From positions 6,919 through 70,918 of the IMG/VR virus record IMGVR_UViG_3300002026_000146: 64,000 nucleotides of DNA. One strand, written 5' to 3'. A program made the translations under genes and the position numbers. Shown piece after piece: positions 1-10,573 of the stretch. Under the pieces are notes generated by a model. The model was not told the origin of the DNA. It saw only the letters and a list, made by a program, of their open reading frames with translations, and searched no databases. The stretch is from a virus. Its lineage: Duplodnaviria > Caudoviricetes. The number at the start of each line of letters is the position of its first letter. Positions within the stretch are counted from its first letter, which is position 1.

Positions 1-3000
1 TCCCCGATGTCTGCCAACTTCAGGAAGTCCGTCGGCGTCATCTTGCTGTTGTCGCGGTTGTTCAGCTCCTCAGCCAAGACGACGTGGTGGCTATCGAAGT
101 AGTCGAGCGCAGCCTTATGGGCCGCTGCGTGTTGCGCTGGCGTCATGCGCTTGGCAACCGATTCCTTCGTGTCGAGTATGTCGTTGAGCACACGACCCGC
201 GTCGTTACCCTGTGTCTCCAACGCTTTCGCCTGCTCGATCATCGCAGCGAACTTCTTCGGATCGGTCCGCTCGATCTTCGAAGCCTGATCGCGCAACCGC
301 GTCGCGTCTTGATTCAGGTAGGCGTGGTACATGGACAGGATCGATGCCTGACTGTTGCCCTGCTTCTTCAGAATTTCGCCGACAGACTTCGTGCCGACGC
401 GATACTGTCCGGCCCGGTTCACGAAGAACGCGTCCTTGATTTCTTTGATCTTGGCTTGCGCTTCAGGGGTACCCAGTTTCATCAAGTCCGCGACGTAGTC
501 GGCTGCTTTCTGATTCTTCTCTTCTTTCAACAGGCGCAGCATGTTGGGTACCGAGCGGTCGAGGCCGAGACTTTCCTCAAGCCACTTGACAGTTTCATCC
601 GCCGCATACTTTCCGGTGAACGCTGATTTCTGTGTGGGTTTGCCGTCCTTGTCGACGTGGAACAAGCGTGGGCGCTGGGACTCAGGCAGTGGCGGCTCAC
701 CAGCCTCACGACGCAGATTGTTGTCGTACTTCCGCTGAATCTTCTCGTCCTTCGTCATCCCTCCGGTGTCAGCGAGGAACCCGCCCTTCTTGGGTGTCAA
801 GCTATTGGTCTGGTAGTAGGCATAGATCGGCTCGTTGATCGCCTTGACGTGCATCTGGTTGGAGTTCTCGTCGTACTCAGTCTCCAAGACACCCTTGTCG
901 TTATACCCCGCTGCCTCGTACTCACCGGTCTCGTCATTGACGGTGGCGTCGGTCACTGTCTCACTGCCCGTAGCGATACCGAGCGACTTCTGCTCCTTGT
1001 CCCCGATAGACATGGCGGCAACAAGCCCATTCAGAGTGTCCTTCCCGATGTGCTTTGCCAGTTCGTTGCGGTACTCTTTGTTCGCCTGTCCCCGCACAAT
1101 GGCAGTGACTGCGGTCAAGAGGGCACCACGCCCTTCATCGGACTCAATGTTCACCCCGCCTTTGGCAAGAGCGTGGCGGCGCTCAATCGGGATCGCTGCG
1201 ATCAGCGCATCCTTCGCCTCGTCATGAATCCGTGCGGTATGGGCCTTCACATCAGGCGCATTCTGAGCGGCCAGCTCCGCATCCATCATGTCGAACAATG
1301 GCGCGGCGGCTGGGTCTGCCTGAGACCTCAACGTCTGCAGCACAGTCTGCGCGTTTGGCCCGGTGTTGAGCTTGATGCTGTTGACGATGTTGTTCAGAGT
1401 GATCTTCAGGCCGGGGAACTGAGTGATGCGCTTGTCGGCGTTCATCTCCTGCTTCGGTCCGACTGAGGGAGTCATACCCCAGCTGCCAGCCAGGTCAGCG
1501 ATCTCGAAGCCCATGATCTTCATAAGCTCGTTCTTGCCGTCCTCGTCGGTCGCCATGTGGGTCGCCATCTGCACACGGGTCGCCGTGTGCGTCTCGGTGG
1601 CCTTCATCATGGTGTTACCCATCAGCTCAGCGCGGCTGCGCTGGATCACATCAAGGGTGTTCAAACCCTCGTCCTGCATCCGGTCAGTGAGATGTTTGGC
1701 ACGGGCCATGCTCTGCTTGCGTGCAACTTTGCTGATAGGGCCGGAGCCATCTACCTGCGCGTAATCGTCGGGGTTCGCCCGGTGGTCGAGGTCTTTGGCA
1801 CGAGCGTTGCCGGTGGCCTCCTCTTTGTTCTTCAGCCACTCGTCGTAGCCAGAGGTGTCGAACCCCTGCATATTTTTCTTGCCTTGGGTGGCATCAACCA
1901 GTTTGTTGCCAGCCGCCTCAAACCCTTTGATGAAACCATCACCGGCCTTGCCCGCGAGCACGCTGAATGCGCTGGCCAGCGCACGGCGCTGACCTTTGGG
2001 CGACGCCTTGATCTGGGCTTCTTGTTCGCTGATGTGTTGGTAAGCAGCGTTGAGAACTTTGTCCTGTTCAGGAGAGTCAGGAGGTGAATCGATTACCTTC
2101 TTGAGCAACGCAGCCGCACGACTGTCCCCATCCTTCGCCATACTCTCAAGGTGCTGAGTCATGGCTGGAGCGCGAGATGTCAGGTTGTCGATCAACCACT
2201 CCTCCATCTTGATAGGGTCACTAGCGAGGTGGGTAGGCACGGTACCGGAGAGTGTTGCGTCCAGATCAGGCGTCATCATCGGAGTGATACGCCCCGGCGC
2301 AGCTGGTGCCCCAGGCTTGCCGGGATTACCGCTCAGGTCCACGTCTTGCCCCGGTTCAGCGCCGGAGTTCGGTGTGCGCCCCGCGCCCATAATCTTGTCG
2401 CCGACGAGACCGGCAGTGCTCAGCCCGGTGCCACCAGCCATACCGCCGAGGAACGAATTCTGGAGTGCCGACGCATCGCCACGTGTGTCGCGGTTCGGGT
2501 TCAGAGCTTCGTGGGCAAAGTGCTGGCTGATCTCCTGACCCGTCTCAGTCAAACCCTCACCAACTTGCGTACCGACAAATTTCGCCGACGTAGGAATCTT
2601 GGCCAGCGTTTTGCCCAACGTGCCGGTCATCTGTCCGACGGGCAGGAGTTGAGTTGCTGTGTCCATCACAGCAGCGCGGTACCCGTGCTTGGATACTTCG
2701 TCTCGGATGTCTTGAGCCGAGCGGGTCTTCATGACCGTGGGGTCGGCAGCCACTGTATCGTAGCCTTCACCTGTCAGCAGGTTCTTGTTCTGACGGTACA
2801 TCTCGACCGGGGCCGCGAGGCGCAGGCCAGTGCCAGCCAGCTGAGCCACTGGATGTGGAATCATCTGCAGGCCGGAGGCCAGCGCGTTCATGCCCACGCC
2901 AGTCGCCATCTGATCCAGCGACGAACCAGCGGCTTGTCCAACCTGACCAGCGAACCAGCTACCGGCGTCACCAACGCCATGGATATCTTCCCATCGGCCC

Positions 3001-3290
3001 ACGGGCGCGGCGTACTGCTGGGCCTGAGCCTTCAGTGCCTCGCGCTCGTTCTGTAGCTGGTTGGCCCGCAGCGCGTTCCTCGGGTCGATCCGCAGTTGAG
3101 ATTCTTCATCGGCAAGCAGGTTCGCCCGACTGTTGAGCCTGGCCCCAGTGAATGAGTTTGTCAGTGAGTTACCACTGGCAGCGTCGGCTGCGGCCCTTTC
3201 CACATCGGTCAGACCGTAACCCGACGTGTCGAGTATTGGGCGGGGGGAGTACGAGGTGTCGAGTACCGGGCGTAGTGCGCTAGTAGCCAT
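1..3290 (-). CDS. Giant putative internal virion/ejection protein, more than 1096 aa, truncated by the left edge
   Basis: ATG at 3290 directly after the stop of the upstream ORF (MATSALRPVLDTSYSPRP...). Manually translated segments stay in one frame with no stop down to position 3 (...NRDNSKMTPTDFLKLADIG). EGLTETGQE-type N-terminal motif. The + strand ORFs here are antisense shadows. Confidence 0.8.
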   Translation of the reverse strand, partial: MATSALRPVLDTSYSPRPILDTSGYGLTDVERAAADAASGNSLTNSFTGARLNSRANLLADEESQLRIDPRNALRANQLQNEREALKAQAQQYAAPVGRWEDIHGVGDAGSWFAGQVGQAAGSSLDQMATGVGMNALASGLQMIPHPVAQLAGTGLRLAAPVEMYRQNKNLLTGEGYDTVAADPTVMKTRSAQDIRDEVSKHGYRAAVMDTATQLLPVGQMTGTLGKTLAKIPTSAKFVGTQVGEGLTETGQEISQHFAHEALNPNRDTRGDASALQNSFLGGMAGGTGLSTAGLVGDKIMGAGRTPNSGAEPGQDVDLSGNPGKPGAPAAPGRITPMMTPDLDATLSGTVPTHLASDPIKMEEWLIDNLTSRAPAMTQHLESMAKDGDSRAAALLKKVIDSPPDSPEQDKVLNAAYQHISEQEAQIKASPKGQRRALASAFSVLAGKAGDGFIKGFEAAGNKLVDATQGKKNMQGFDTSGYDEWLKNKEEATGNARAKDLDHRANPDDYAQVDGSGPISKVARKQSMARAKHLTDRMQDEGLNTLDVIQRSRAELMGNTMMKATETHTATRVQMATHMATDEDGKNELMKIMGFEIADLAGSWGMTPSVGPKQEMNADKRITQFPGLKITLNNIVNSIKLNTGPNAQTVLQTLRSQADPAAAPLFDMMDAELAAQNAPDVKAHTARIHDEAKDALIAAIPIERRHALAKGGVNIESDEGRGALLTAVTAIVRGQANKEYRNELAKHIGKDTLNGLVAAMSIGDKEQKSLGIATGSETVTDATVNDETGEYEAAGYNDKGVLETEYDENSNQMHVKAINEPIYAYYQTNSLTPKKGGFLADTGGMTKDEKIQRKYDNNLRREAGEPPLPESQRPRLFHVDKDGKPTQKSAFTGKYAADETVKWLEESLGLDRSVPNMLRLLKEEKNQKAADYVADLMKLGTPEAQAKIKEIKDAFFVNRAGQYRVGTKSVGEILKKQGNSQASILSMYHAYLNQDATRLRDQASKIERTDPKKFAAMIEQAKALETQGNDAGRVLNDILDTKESVAKRMTPAQHAAAHKAALDYFDSHHVVLAEELNNRDNSKMTPTDFLKLADIG

Positions 3291-3293
3291 GGT

Positions 3294-6038
3294 TTAGTTG
3301 GTCCTCAGTTGTGCTTTTTTGGCAGCCCGTTGTGCGGCGACGTTATTCCAGTGTTTAATGGCTGCGCTATCCGTATCTGCCCGCAGCCGGTACCCGCCGA
3401 CAACGTGATCACCGGCAGTGACCCCATGGCCGTGCCGCATCCCGTCCCAGAAGTCGACGGTCCCTGCCGGGGACATCCCGCCGACATCCTCCGCACTCGG
3501 GATGTCGCTGGGCAACGGCTCGTCCTTCCGCAAACCTATGGCGTTCAAGAAGCTGCCGTTCTCCCGCAGCTGACTCTCGCGCATCGCCTTGATCAATTTG
3601 ACCTGATTGATCACGTTGTTGGATTGCTCGGCGATCTGGTCAGGAGTCCAGTTCTGGCCCTTCGTCATCTCACGAAGTATCTCTGTGGCGCGGGCCTCAG
3701 ATTCCTTATCGACTACGCTCTTGCCGTCGACTACGTCGTTAAACTTGCCGTCGAATGGAGCAGCCATGCTCTTGGTACGGGCGTCTCCGTTGGCCTGCTC
3801 CGTCGACTGATGATCCTGAATGCGCTTGATCACATCGAGGCTGACACCCGACTGGGTTGCCAGCTCGACCGGGTTGACTCCGCGCTTGGAAGCCTCGGCC
3901 ATAACTTTCTGGAACTGCGCCGCTTGTGCCTGCGCCATACGGATCGGGGCCATCCGCCCTTCGAGTTCCATCTGGTGACCCTCACGTGTCACGTCCTGAC
4001 CACGCAGTGTGGAAGCCTGAGTCATGTCCTGACCGCGAGCCTGAACGTCATGCCCACGCAACGACGAGTCGTACGACATATCTTGGCCACGAGATTGCAC
4101 GTCTTGGCCACGCAGCGTCGCGGCATTGCGCATCTGGTTGTCTTCTTGCTGGATGTCCAGCCCGCGAGAACGATCGCGCTGCTTGCGTGCGACGTTGTGT
4201 TGGATCAGATCGACGAACGATACGGAGTTCGGATCAAATTCGGGTTCGCTGTTCCTGTTGTTGTTGTTGGCCAAGAGCGCATCGGCCTTGCTGGGTTCGG
4301 AGAACCGGGCAAGCTGCTCCTTCATGGCCACGTCACGCGCCTTGTCTCCATCCGCATGCCACTTGGCTATGCGTGCGTTCTCTGATTGTGCGTGGGCGAA
4401 AGACTGCGCCTGCGCCTGAGCGTTGGCCTGCGCATTGGCCTGAGCCTGAGCCTTCCTCTTCTCAACTTCGGCAGAGTTGTCGGCATAGATCGCTGGCTCA
4501 CGCAACGTGGGGTTGGGCGCAGCTGGCGCAGCCGCTTTTGGGGTAGGGGCAGCAGCAGCAGCAGCCGCTGCGTTGCGAGCTTGCGTCCGCTCGATAGGAG
4601 AGGAGGTGTCCATGTTCGTCCCGAACACCTTGTTCACGCCCATGCGCAAACCTTTGATGGCTGCGTCCCCACCGAAGTACCCGGCGACACCACCGGCGGC
4701 AGCAGCGAGCGGTACGGTGACCGGAGCGGCGATGCCGCCTGCCAACCCGAGAGGAGCAAGCGCGGCAGCGCCTAGACCAGCGGTGCCCCACTTGCCGCCT
4801 TCTTCGGCAAGCTGTGTCCCGACATCTATCTTTGTGGCGTTGGGGTCCATAGCCACTTCGCCGACATTCTTCGCGGCCATCCCTGCAGCCACAACAGGAG
4901 CGGCCTTGGCGACGACTCCGAGGGAACCCCGGGCAACCCCGGCAGCGGTGGGCATGGCCGAGGAGACACGACCCGTCAGGTTCGAGGCAGAGTTCGTCAG
5001 CTTCGAGATACGGCCCGCACCCTCGGGAGCAGGGGTCGGCACGAATGCCGGCTTCGGCGCGACGGGTTCAGAGCCAGGGGACAAACCTGTCGTGGCGAAC
5101 TTGTAGGCTTCACCGGCGTTGGTACCCATCTGATTCACGCTAGCGCGGAGCCTGTCAAACCGACCGGGCTGAGGAGCAGGCGCGGCGACGGGGGCGGCAG
5201 CAGCGGGAGCGGCAGCTGGGGCAGAACCCGCAGGCGGCGGTGCAGGCGGCGCTGCGCCCAGCGACGTAGTCGCCTGGATAGGATCGGGGATGTTCGGTGC
5301 CCATTTGATGCCGTTGTTCGGGGCGGCAGCACCGAGTGTGGTAGTAGGGCCAGCCGGGATCGCCGCGTTAGCCAGCCGAATTTCTTTGGCCGCAGCATTC
5401 TTGAGCCGGAGGTTGTTCGCCGAAATCGCCTCGGGTTGGATGGTGTTGGGGGCGCTCGGGGCCAGCGACGGGTTGCGGAATCTCGATGATGGGTCGCTCA
5501 GGTCCGCCGCCGTCACGGCGTGCAGCACTCCGTGCTTTATCTGATCAGCATCCGCTTGTGCAGGCGTCTTGCCCTGACTAGCAAGCACATTGCCGCGCAA
5601 ATCGCGCAGGTGCTGGCGTAGCTCAGGCTGAGCGTCGAACATATCTCGACTGACCACGAACTCATCCTTCTCCAGAAGGGCACGAGTCTTGTCACCCTCT
5701 CCTTCGCCGGGTACCCAGCCGCCTTTATGTGCGTTGCGCATGACTGGGGGTTCGCCACCCTCACGAAGCCCTGCAGCCTTCTCGCGCTGGGCCATCACGC
5801 TCTGGCTGCCCATGGGCGCAGCGGTCTCGCGTACCTGAGTCGCTACAGGCGCAGCAGCCGCTGCACGTTCGGCAACAGCACGTGCCTTGTAATCGCTGAG
5901 GGCCTGTGCCTTGGCGGCTTCCTCTGGCGTTGTCGTGAAAGCCTTGGATACGTTCTGAGCCATGCCCTTGAAGCTCCAAGGTGACACCTCGCCGCCCGAC
6001 GCCATCCGAAGGGTTCTGCGCATGTTGAGATTGTTCAT
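3294..6038 (-). CDS. Ala/Gly-rich putative internal virion (ejection) protein with RGQD repeats
   Basis: 932 aa track ORF; more likely start MNNLNMRR at 6038, just after an 18-bp motif copy. Repeats TLRGQD/SRGQD/LRGHD/ARGQD and a glycine-rich hydrophobic segment. Confidence 0.7.
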   Translation of the reverse strand: MNNLNMRRTLRMASGGEVSPWSFKGMAQNVSKAFTTTPEEAAKAQALSDYKARAVAERAAAAAPVATQVRETAAPMGSQSVMAQREKAAGLREGGEPPVMRNAHKGGWVPGEGEGDKTRALLEKDEFVVSRDMFDAQPELRQHLRDLRGNVLASQGKTPAQADADQIKHGVLHAVTAADLSDPSSRFRNPSLAPSAPNTIQPEAISANNLRLKNAAAKEIRLANAAIPAGPTTTLGAAAPNNGIKWAPNIPDPIQATTSLGAAPPAPPPAGSAPAAAPAAAAPVAAPAPQPGRFDRLRASVNQMGTNAGEAYKFATTGLSPGSEPVAPKPAFVPTPAPEGAGRISKLTNSASNLTGRVSSAMPTAAGVARGSLGVVAKAAPVVAAGMAAKNVGEVAMDPNATKIDVGTQLAEEGGKWGTAGLGAAALAPLGLAGGIAAPVTVPLAAAAGGVAGYFGGDAAIKGLRMGVNKVFGTNMDTSSPIERTQARNAAAAAAAAPTPKAAAPAAPNPTLREPAIYADNSAEVEKRKAQAQANAQANAQAQAQSFAHAQSENARIAKWHADGDKARDVAMKEQLARFSEPSKADALLANNNNRNSEPEFDPNSVSFVDLIQHNVARKQRDRSRGLDIQQEDNQMRNAATLRGQDVQSRGQDMSYDSSLRGHDVQARGQDMTQASTLRGQDVTREGHQMELEGRMAPIRMAQAQAAQFQKVMAEASKRGVNPVELATQSGVSLDVIKRIQDHQSTEQANGDARTKSMAAPFDGKFNDVVDGKSVVDKESEARATEILREMTKGQNWTPDQIAEQSNNVINQVKLIKAMRESQLRENGSFLNAIGLRKDEPLPSDIPSAEDVGGMSPAGTVDFWDGMRHGHGVTAGDHVVGGYRLRADTDSAAIKHWNNVAAQRAAKKAQLRTN

Positions 6039-6042
6039 GATA

Positions 6043-6060
6043 TCTATTTTAGACGTTAGA
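6043..6060 (-). promoter_or_regulatory. 18-bp motif copy
   Basis: TCTAACGTCTAAAATAGA, 4 nt before ATG 6038. Confidence 0.65.
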
Positions 6061-6063
6061 TGG

Positions 6064-7917
6064 TTAGGCCGAACCAGCAATTGTTGAGGCAATCGATATC
6101 ACTTGATTCATCGCCGCCTGCATTGCCCGCATCTCGATGTCGGCGGCTTTAGCAAGTGCTTCGGACTGAAGACCGCCGATGTTTTTCATATCCTCCATGT
6201 CCAACTGTGCCAGCGTCGTAGCCTTACGCACTTCGGCGTCAAACTCAGCAATACGCAAATCTGCCCTCTCTTTACTGATTGAGGCAAATGCTTTTAAGGC
6301 ATCAATCTTGGCGCTGGCTATCGTGGTAGCTGCTTGGTTCTTGGCTGCTACGCCTCCCGCCTGCATCTGATACACCTCAGCCACCCCTTTGGCAGCGGCT
6401 ATCTGTCCTTGAAGCGTAGCTGCGTGGACACCCTGCTTCGAAGAGATGACGTTCGCTTGCACGGAGGCCATCTGAGCGACGGCTTCTTGAGCCTGGATTT
6501 TAGCTTTGTACACCTCAATCAAGGACGTGTTTCCTTTGATCTGAGCTTCGTACACTTGGTTCTGCAGCCCGTGCGCCTTAACCTGCTCTGAGTATGCCTC
6601 GACTCTGGTCTTAAACACCTGGACTTTGAGAGCCTCTTGCTCGACTACGGACTTAGCGGCTGCGACGTCCGCCTGATAAACATCCACCAGAGACTTCACG
6701 CCGACGAGCTGTGCGGAGTACAGGTCGACCTTGCGCTTCTGTATGTCGGCTTCCGTTTTCGTTACCTCTAGCTTGAGTTTCTGGGTTTCGAGCCGCGCCA
6801 GCTCACCACGCACATGTGCCTCGTATGCCTGAGTGTTTGTCTGGTACTCTTCGAGTTTGGCCTTGAACCGGGCAACTCTCACGTTGTATGCAGAGATGGC
6901 TAGCTCTACTGTACTCTTTGCGACATCGTATGCCCGGCTCACTATCGTGAGGTGTGTAGAGAGCGACAGCTTCTCCCACTCCGTGAGTTGTTCGATTGTC
7001 CAACGACGGTTGGCGACAAACAGATCAGCCCTCTTGAGGTAGATGTCGCGGGAAGCCGAGCTGCTGGCTCCTAACGCAGCGGCTTGAGCCGCAGCCAGCT
7101 GAGCCATCATTGCCCCAGGAGGGAGCATGAATCCGCGAGCAGCTGATGCTCGTCCCGCCTCAGCAAAAGCGGCGACCATGTTCTTGTTCTCCCGGTCGAC
7201 TTCACGCGCCCATAGAGCTTTTTCGTCCTCTATGTCTATGCCGTAAGCGTTCATACTACCGTCACGCTTGAAGTCTTTAGTGAGGGCTTCGATCAAGGAC
7301 TCTCGTAGTGGGGAGATGTATTCGGTCTCTTCGAACTCGAAAGAGATAGGCGGTATGGTCAGATCGTCGGCGTCCCTCGCGAACTCTACGAAAGCCGGTA
7401 GCTCTACGTCCAATATCGTTGGAACCACTATGTTTTCGAATTTCGGAATCTCAGGAAGTGTGATGTTCACACGTTTGGCAATTATGGCCGGGGCAATCAC
7501 GGGCACGTCTTGCGGGGCAAGCCCTCTGAACGCCAGCGGCGGCTGGGGCGGCTGAATCTGCGGCGCGCCAGGGATGTCGAGCTTGATGGTCACATCCCCT
7601 GGGTCGTATGGGGATGTATCGATGGGAGGTAGGTTAGGTCGTTCTGGTACTGCTGTGAGTTCTGGGACAGCGTACTGATCGAGATCGTTCAACATTTCCG
7701 ACAACGCGCCGTCCTCTTCCGAGATGCGTTGGGCGACAGTTTCCCCCAGGTCGAACTCGATGGGTCGAGCGCCACGTGCCTGGAACTGATGCGTCAGCAT
7801 GGCCAGCTGGCTGATGAAGTTGGTGAGCTGGGCCTTGTAGCTCTTCGCATCCAACATCGCGATCCTCTGCAGCTCGGACGCGCTGTTAGGGTCGGGACCT
7901 ATTCGAATACCTGTCAT
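6064..7917 (-). CDS. Coiled-coil putative virion protein, 617 aa
   Basis: Long ORF with a helical, Ala/Gln/Lys-rich C-terminal half; overlaps its upstream neighbour by 4 nt within the structural operon. Confidence 0.7.
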   Translation of the reverse strand: MTGIRIGPDPNSASELQRIAMLDAKSYKAQLTNFISQLAMLTHQFQARGARPIEFDLGETVAQRISEEDGALSEMLNDLDQYAVPELTAVPERPNLPPIDTSPYDPGDVTIKLDIPGAPQIQPPQPPLAFRGLAPQDVPVIAPAIIAKRVNITLPEIPKFENIVVPTILDVELPAFVEFARDADDLTIPPISFEFEETEYISPLRESLIEALTKDFKRDGSMNAYGIDIEDEKALWAREVDRENKNMVAAFAEAGRASAARGFMLPPGAMMAQLAAAQAAALGASSSASRDIYLKRADLFVANRRWTIEQLTEWEKLSLSTHLTIVSRAYDVAKSTVELAISAYNVRVARFKAKLEEYQTNTQAYEAHVRGELARLETQKLKLEVTKTEADIQKRKVDLYSAQLVGVKSLVDVYQADVAAAKSVVEQEALKVQVFKTRVEAYSEQVKAHGLQNQVYEAQIKGNTSLIEVYKAKIQAQEAVAQMASVQANVISSKQGVHAATLQGQIAAAKGVAEVYQMQAGGVAAKNQAATTIASAKIDALKAFASISKERADLRIAEFDAEVRKATTLAQLDMEDMKNIGGLQSEALAKAADIEMRAMQAAMNQVISIASTIAGSA

Positions 7918-9341
7918 GGGAGTGCTCCTGAGATACGTCGGGTGCTGACCTCAAAAGTCACCCCGAACTGGGCGAAGTCGAAATCGGCCCCGTCCACATT
8001 GTTGAAATCGAACTGCCACGATCTGCCTGAGAGGCCCCGCGCCGTCACCACCCTGCGCGGCACAAGCTGAGGGATACCTCCTTGTGCGAGCGTGACAGTG
8101 GACGGCGGGAATTTGGCACCTTCGTCTACGGTGGAGGTCACCGTGATGTCCCCACTCATGCGGGCCACGAGATAGGCACCTGACACCCGTTTTTGGAACG
8201 GGCTTTCGATGTCCCAAAGCCCTGTGCGGATTTTGGCATTGATGGGTGCGCCCTCGTCGGTATCCCCGACGTCGATCTGCACTACCCCCGTTGAGCCGGT
8301 AGCGTAGTATTTTCCACCCAGCTCGAAGAACCCGTTATATGGGAACTGCTCGTAGTTGGATACCGCCTTCGTGATCGGATTGACGACCATGACATGCCAG
8401 CTGCCAGTGGAAGCGTCGAACTGGGCAGTGAGGTGTGCATCGACACGCGTCATGTCCGCGTCGATGGTTCCTATCGCACCGAACCCGGCATCCAGGGCAG
8501 CGGCCAGCGGCGTCAGGAGCGCCTCGATGCTGCCGCCCGTACCCCTGATGGCATCGAGCGCTGCCGTGCTCAGGGTCAAGGAAGCATTGATGCTCCCGTT
8601 CGATCCAGTGAGGGAGGACAGGAATGCGCTGATCTTCGGCAGTTCAGCGCTGATATCTCCGCCAGCGCCGAGGAGTGTTTCGAAATCCGAGGTCGGCGTC
8701 GGTAATTCCGCCGAAATTTCTCCTTGCGTTCCGTTCAGCGCCGTGAGTTCGGATGTAAGGGGGTTAAGTTTCGCCCGGATGGAAAGTATGTCCTGCCCAG
8801 CGACCACGTCAATCGTCAGCAGCGGCAGATCAGCATTGATGCGCCCATACAAGATGCCAGCGACATCGATGTTCGACCCGATGAGGGTCAACCCGCCTTG
8901 AACTACCGCCCCGTCTGCTGCGATGTTCCCCTCAATCGGTCCAGGGAACCGCCCAGCGATGTGGTTAAAGACCGTGGGCGGGGACAACGCGGAGGTGATC
9001 AGTGTCAACCCTGCGCTGATGTGAGGGCGCAGGAAAGTTGCGGTGGCTGCCCCCGAACCTATGCCCCCACCTGTAGCCGTCTCACTTTGGAAGATCGCTA
9101 CGGCTACGGTAGCAGTTCCCGCGCCTATAACCCCGCCACTCGTCGTGAATCTCCTGGCTACGGCAGCTAGCGCATGTCCAGAACCCTGAGCACCGCCATT
9201 AGCGGTGACGAACATGGTGCCCCCAAGCCCCACTGCGGCATCACCTGACCCGAGCGCGCCGCCCGTTGCTGTAAACGGGTACGTCGAGGCAACCATCCTC
9301 GACGGGATCGTAATGTTGCCTGTGATGTAGGTGGTTGCCAT
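7914..9341 (-). CDS. Putative tail/virion structural protein, 475 aa
   Basis: Gly/Ala/Thr-rich repeats followed by a beta-rich C-terminal domain; operon context. Confidence 0.65.
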   Translation of the reverse strand: MATTYITGNITIPSRMVASTYPFTATGGALGSGDAAVGLGGTMFVTANGGAQGSGHALAAVARRFTTSGGVIGAGTATVAVAIFQSETATGGGIGSGAATATFLRPHISAGLTLITSALSPPTVFNHIAGRFPGPIEGNIAADGAVVQGGLTLIGSNIDVAGILYGRINADLPLLTIDVVAGQDILSIRAKLNPLTSELTALNGTQGEISAELPTPTSDFETLLGAGGDISAELPKISAFLSSLTGSNGSINASLTLSTAALDAIRGTGGSIEALLTPLAAALDAGFGAIGTIDADMTRVDAHLTAQFDASTGSWHVMVVNPITKAVSNYEQFPYNGFFELGGKYYATGSTGVVQIDVGDTDEGAPINAKIRTGLWDIESPFQKRVSGAYLVARMSGDITVTSTVDEGAKFPPSTVTLAQGGIPQLVPRRVVTARGLSGRSWQFDFNNVDGADFDFAQFGVTFEVSTRRISGALP

Positions 9342-9342
9342 G

Positions 9343-9741
9343 TTATGTTACTGGCTGAGTTACGCTGAGGACGTCCACGGACACAGTTTGTCCTATGGAT
9401 GTGGACGCGGCATCGACGAGGAGGTCTTTCCCACTGGTCCCACAAGTACAGTCCATTGAGCCATCGGTCGGCCCGCCCCAACGCACGTACCCGCAGACGC
9501 CAGTAGCAGCGGCTGGCCCTGACTGTCCACCTAGCGCTACCACCCCATTTACAGGGTAGGCCATGCCGGTCGGTGTCTGGATACTGAACAACAGCGTGCC
9601 ACTCGCGGCAGTGTCAGCTGTCGCTGGTTGCGTGCCGGAGCGTATGGTGAACACGCTATCTCCCGCATTACATAGCAACTCGGCGAACCTCATAGCGAGG
9701 GCGTCACGGACGGAGGTGGATACTCGGAAGGACATGATCAA
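9343..9741 (-). CDS. Small virion protein, paralog family A
   Basis: SFRVSTSVRDALA...TIRSGTQPATADTAASGTLL motif shared with four other ORFs in the window. Confidence 0.7.
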   Translation of the reverse strand: MIMSFRVSTSVRDALAMRFAELLCNAGDSVFTIRSGTQPATADTAASGTLLFSIQTPTGMAYPVNGVVALGGQSGPAAATGVCGYVRWGGPTDGSMDCTCGTSGKDLLVDAASTSIGQTVSVDVLSVTQPVT

Positions 9742-10130
9742 AAAGCAGGTTGAGCTACGTTGAGATAAGACAGCGTGATGATCTCCCCGCTTAGGATGTC
9801 GTAGGTGTTGATGCGTGCGTCGCCCCCTCCGACTCCAACAGTCATGTCGATCGCGTGTCCCCCGGAATACCAGCGCGCATAACCGGCAGTGCCGGTGTCA
9901 GTAGCCGTCGCAGTTCTGTTAGCACTCAATGAGGCTACCCCATTAACAGCTGGCGAGTACGCGAGGTTGGTGAACACCACCAGTGGTATGCCGTCAACCG
10001 CACCTTCGGGGCTGGCCGGCATCGCCCCCGTATATATGGTCAGGGTGGCCCCGAACATTCCCATGAGTGAATTACTCGCCAGGAAGTCAGCCATCCTGTT
10101 GCGCAGTACAGTGCTGAGACGGACAGCCAT
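9738..10130 (-). CDS. Small virion protein, paralog family A
   Basis: MAVRLSTVLRNRMA...TIYTGAMPASPEGA...ATATDTGTAGYAR. Confidence 0.7.
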   Translation of the reverse strand: MAVRLSTVLRNRMADFLASNSLMGMFGATLTIYTGAMPASPEGAVDGIPLVVFTNLAYSPAVNGVASLSANRTATATDTGTAGYARWYSGGHAIDMTVGVGGGDARINTYDILSGEIITLSYLNVAQPAF

Positions 10131-10136
10131 ACCGTA

Positions 10137-10544
10137 CTATGCGGCAGAAGCGAAGGTGAACTTCGGGGTGATCGAGATCGTGTCGTTGAGAGTCTGCGCG
10201 GTAAACGGACTGGCGAACCGCTCGGCCCATCGAATGATCCCATCCACGCCGACGACGTAGTATCCGTAGACGGTCACTGCTGTCCCCGCCGAAAAGACAA
10301 ACGACTGCACGGGGTAGGTGGCTACGGAAGACGTACCATCTGTGGCCTCTGTCCACGACGACGTAGCCAGGGTCTTGGCCGCGTACCCGAGAGTTGACAT
10401 CTCGGTGTACGTCGCTGCGGTATCGGCATCGCCCGGGGTTATGTTGTTGACGAATAGCTTCAAGGTCAATGCAGCTGGAGTGGTCTTCCCCAGCGCATCC
10501 TTCAGCATCGCGGACTCGCCGACGTTAGGTACTTTAAGAGTCAT
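10137..10544 (-). CDS. Small tail-associated virion protein, family B
   Basis: LKLFVNNITPGDADTAATYTE...GYAAKTL; similar layout to 19004..19474. Confidence 0.65.
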   Translation of the reverse strand: MTLKVPNVGESAMLKDALGKTTPAALTLKLFVNNITPGDADTAATYTEMSTLGYAAKTLATSSWTEATDGTSSVATYPVQSFVFSAGTAVTVYGYYVVGVDGIIRWAERFASPFTAQTLNDTISITPKFTFASAA

Positions 10545-10555
10545 CTTGCGCTCCC

Positions 10556-10573
10556 TCTAAGTTAGACGTTAGG
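10556..10573 (-). promoter_or_regulatory. 18-bp motif copy
   Basis: CCTAACGTCTAACTTAGA, 11 nt before ATG 10544. Confidence 0.65.

Noticed and set aside
84-3136. Long + strand ORFs (up to 301 aa) at the left end
   Set aside because: They are antisense shadows of the giant minus-strand ORF, with no RBS or protein-like motifs.
3984-4125. RGQD repeats as a novel element
   Set aside because: They are real coding repeats, but such tracts are common in phage internal virion proteins; noted in the features only.
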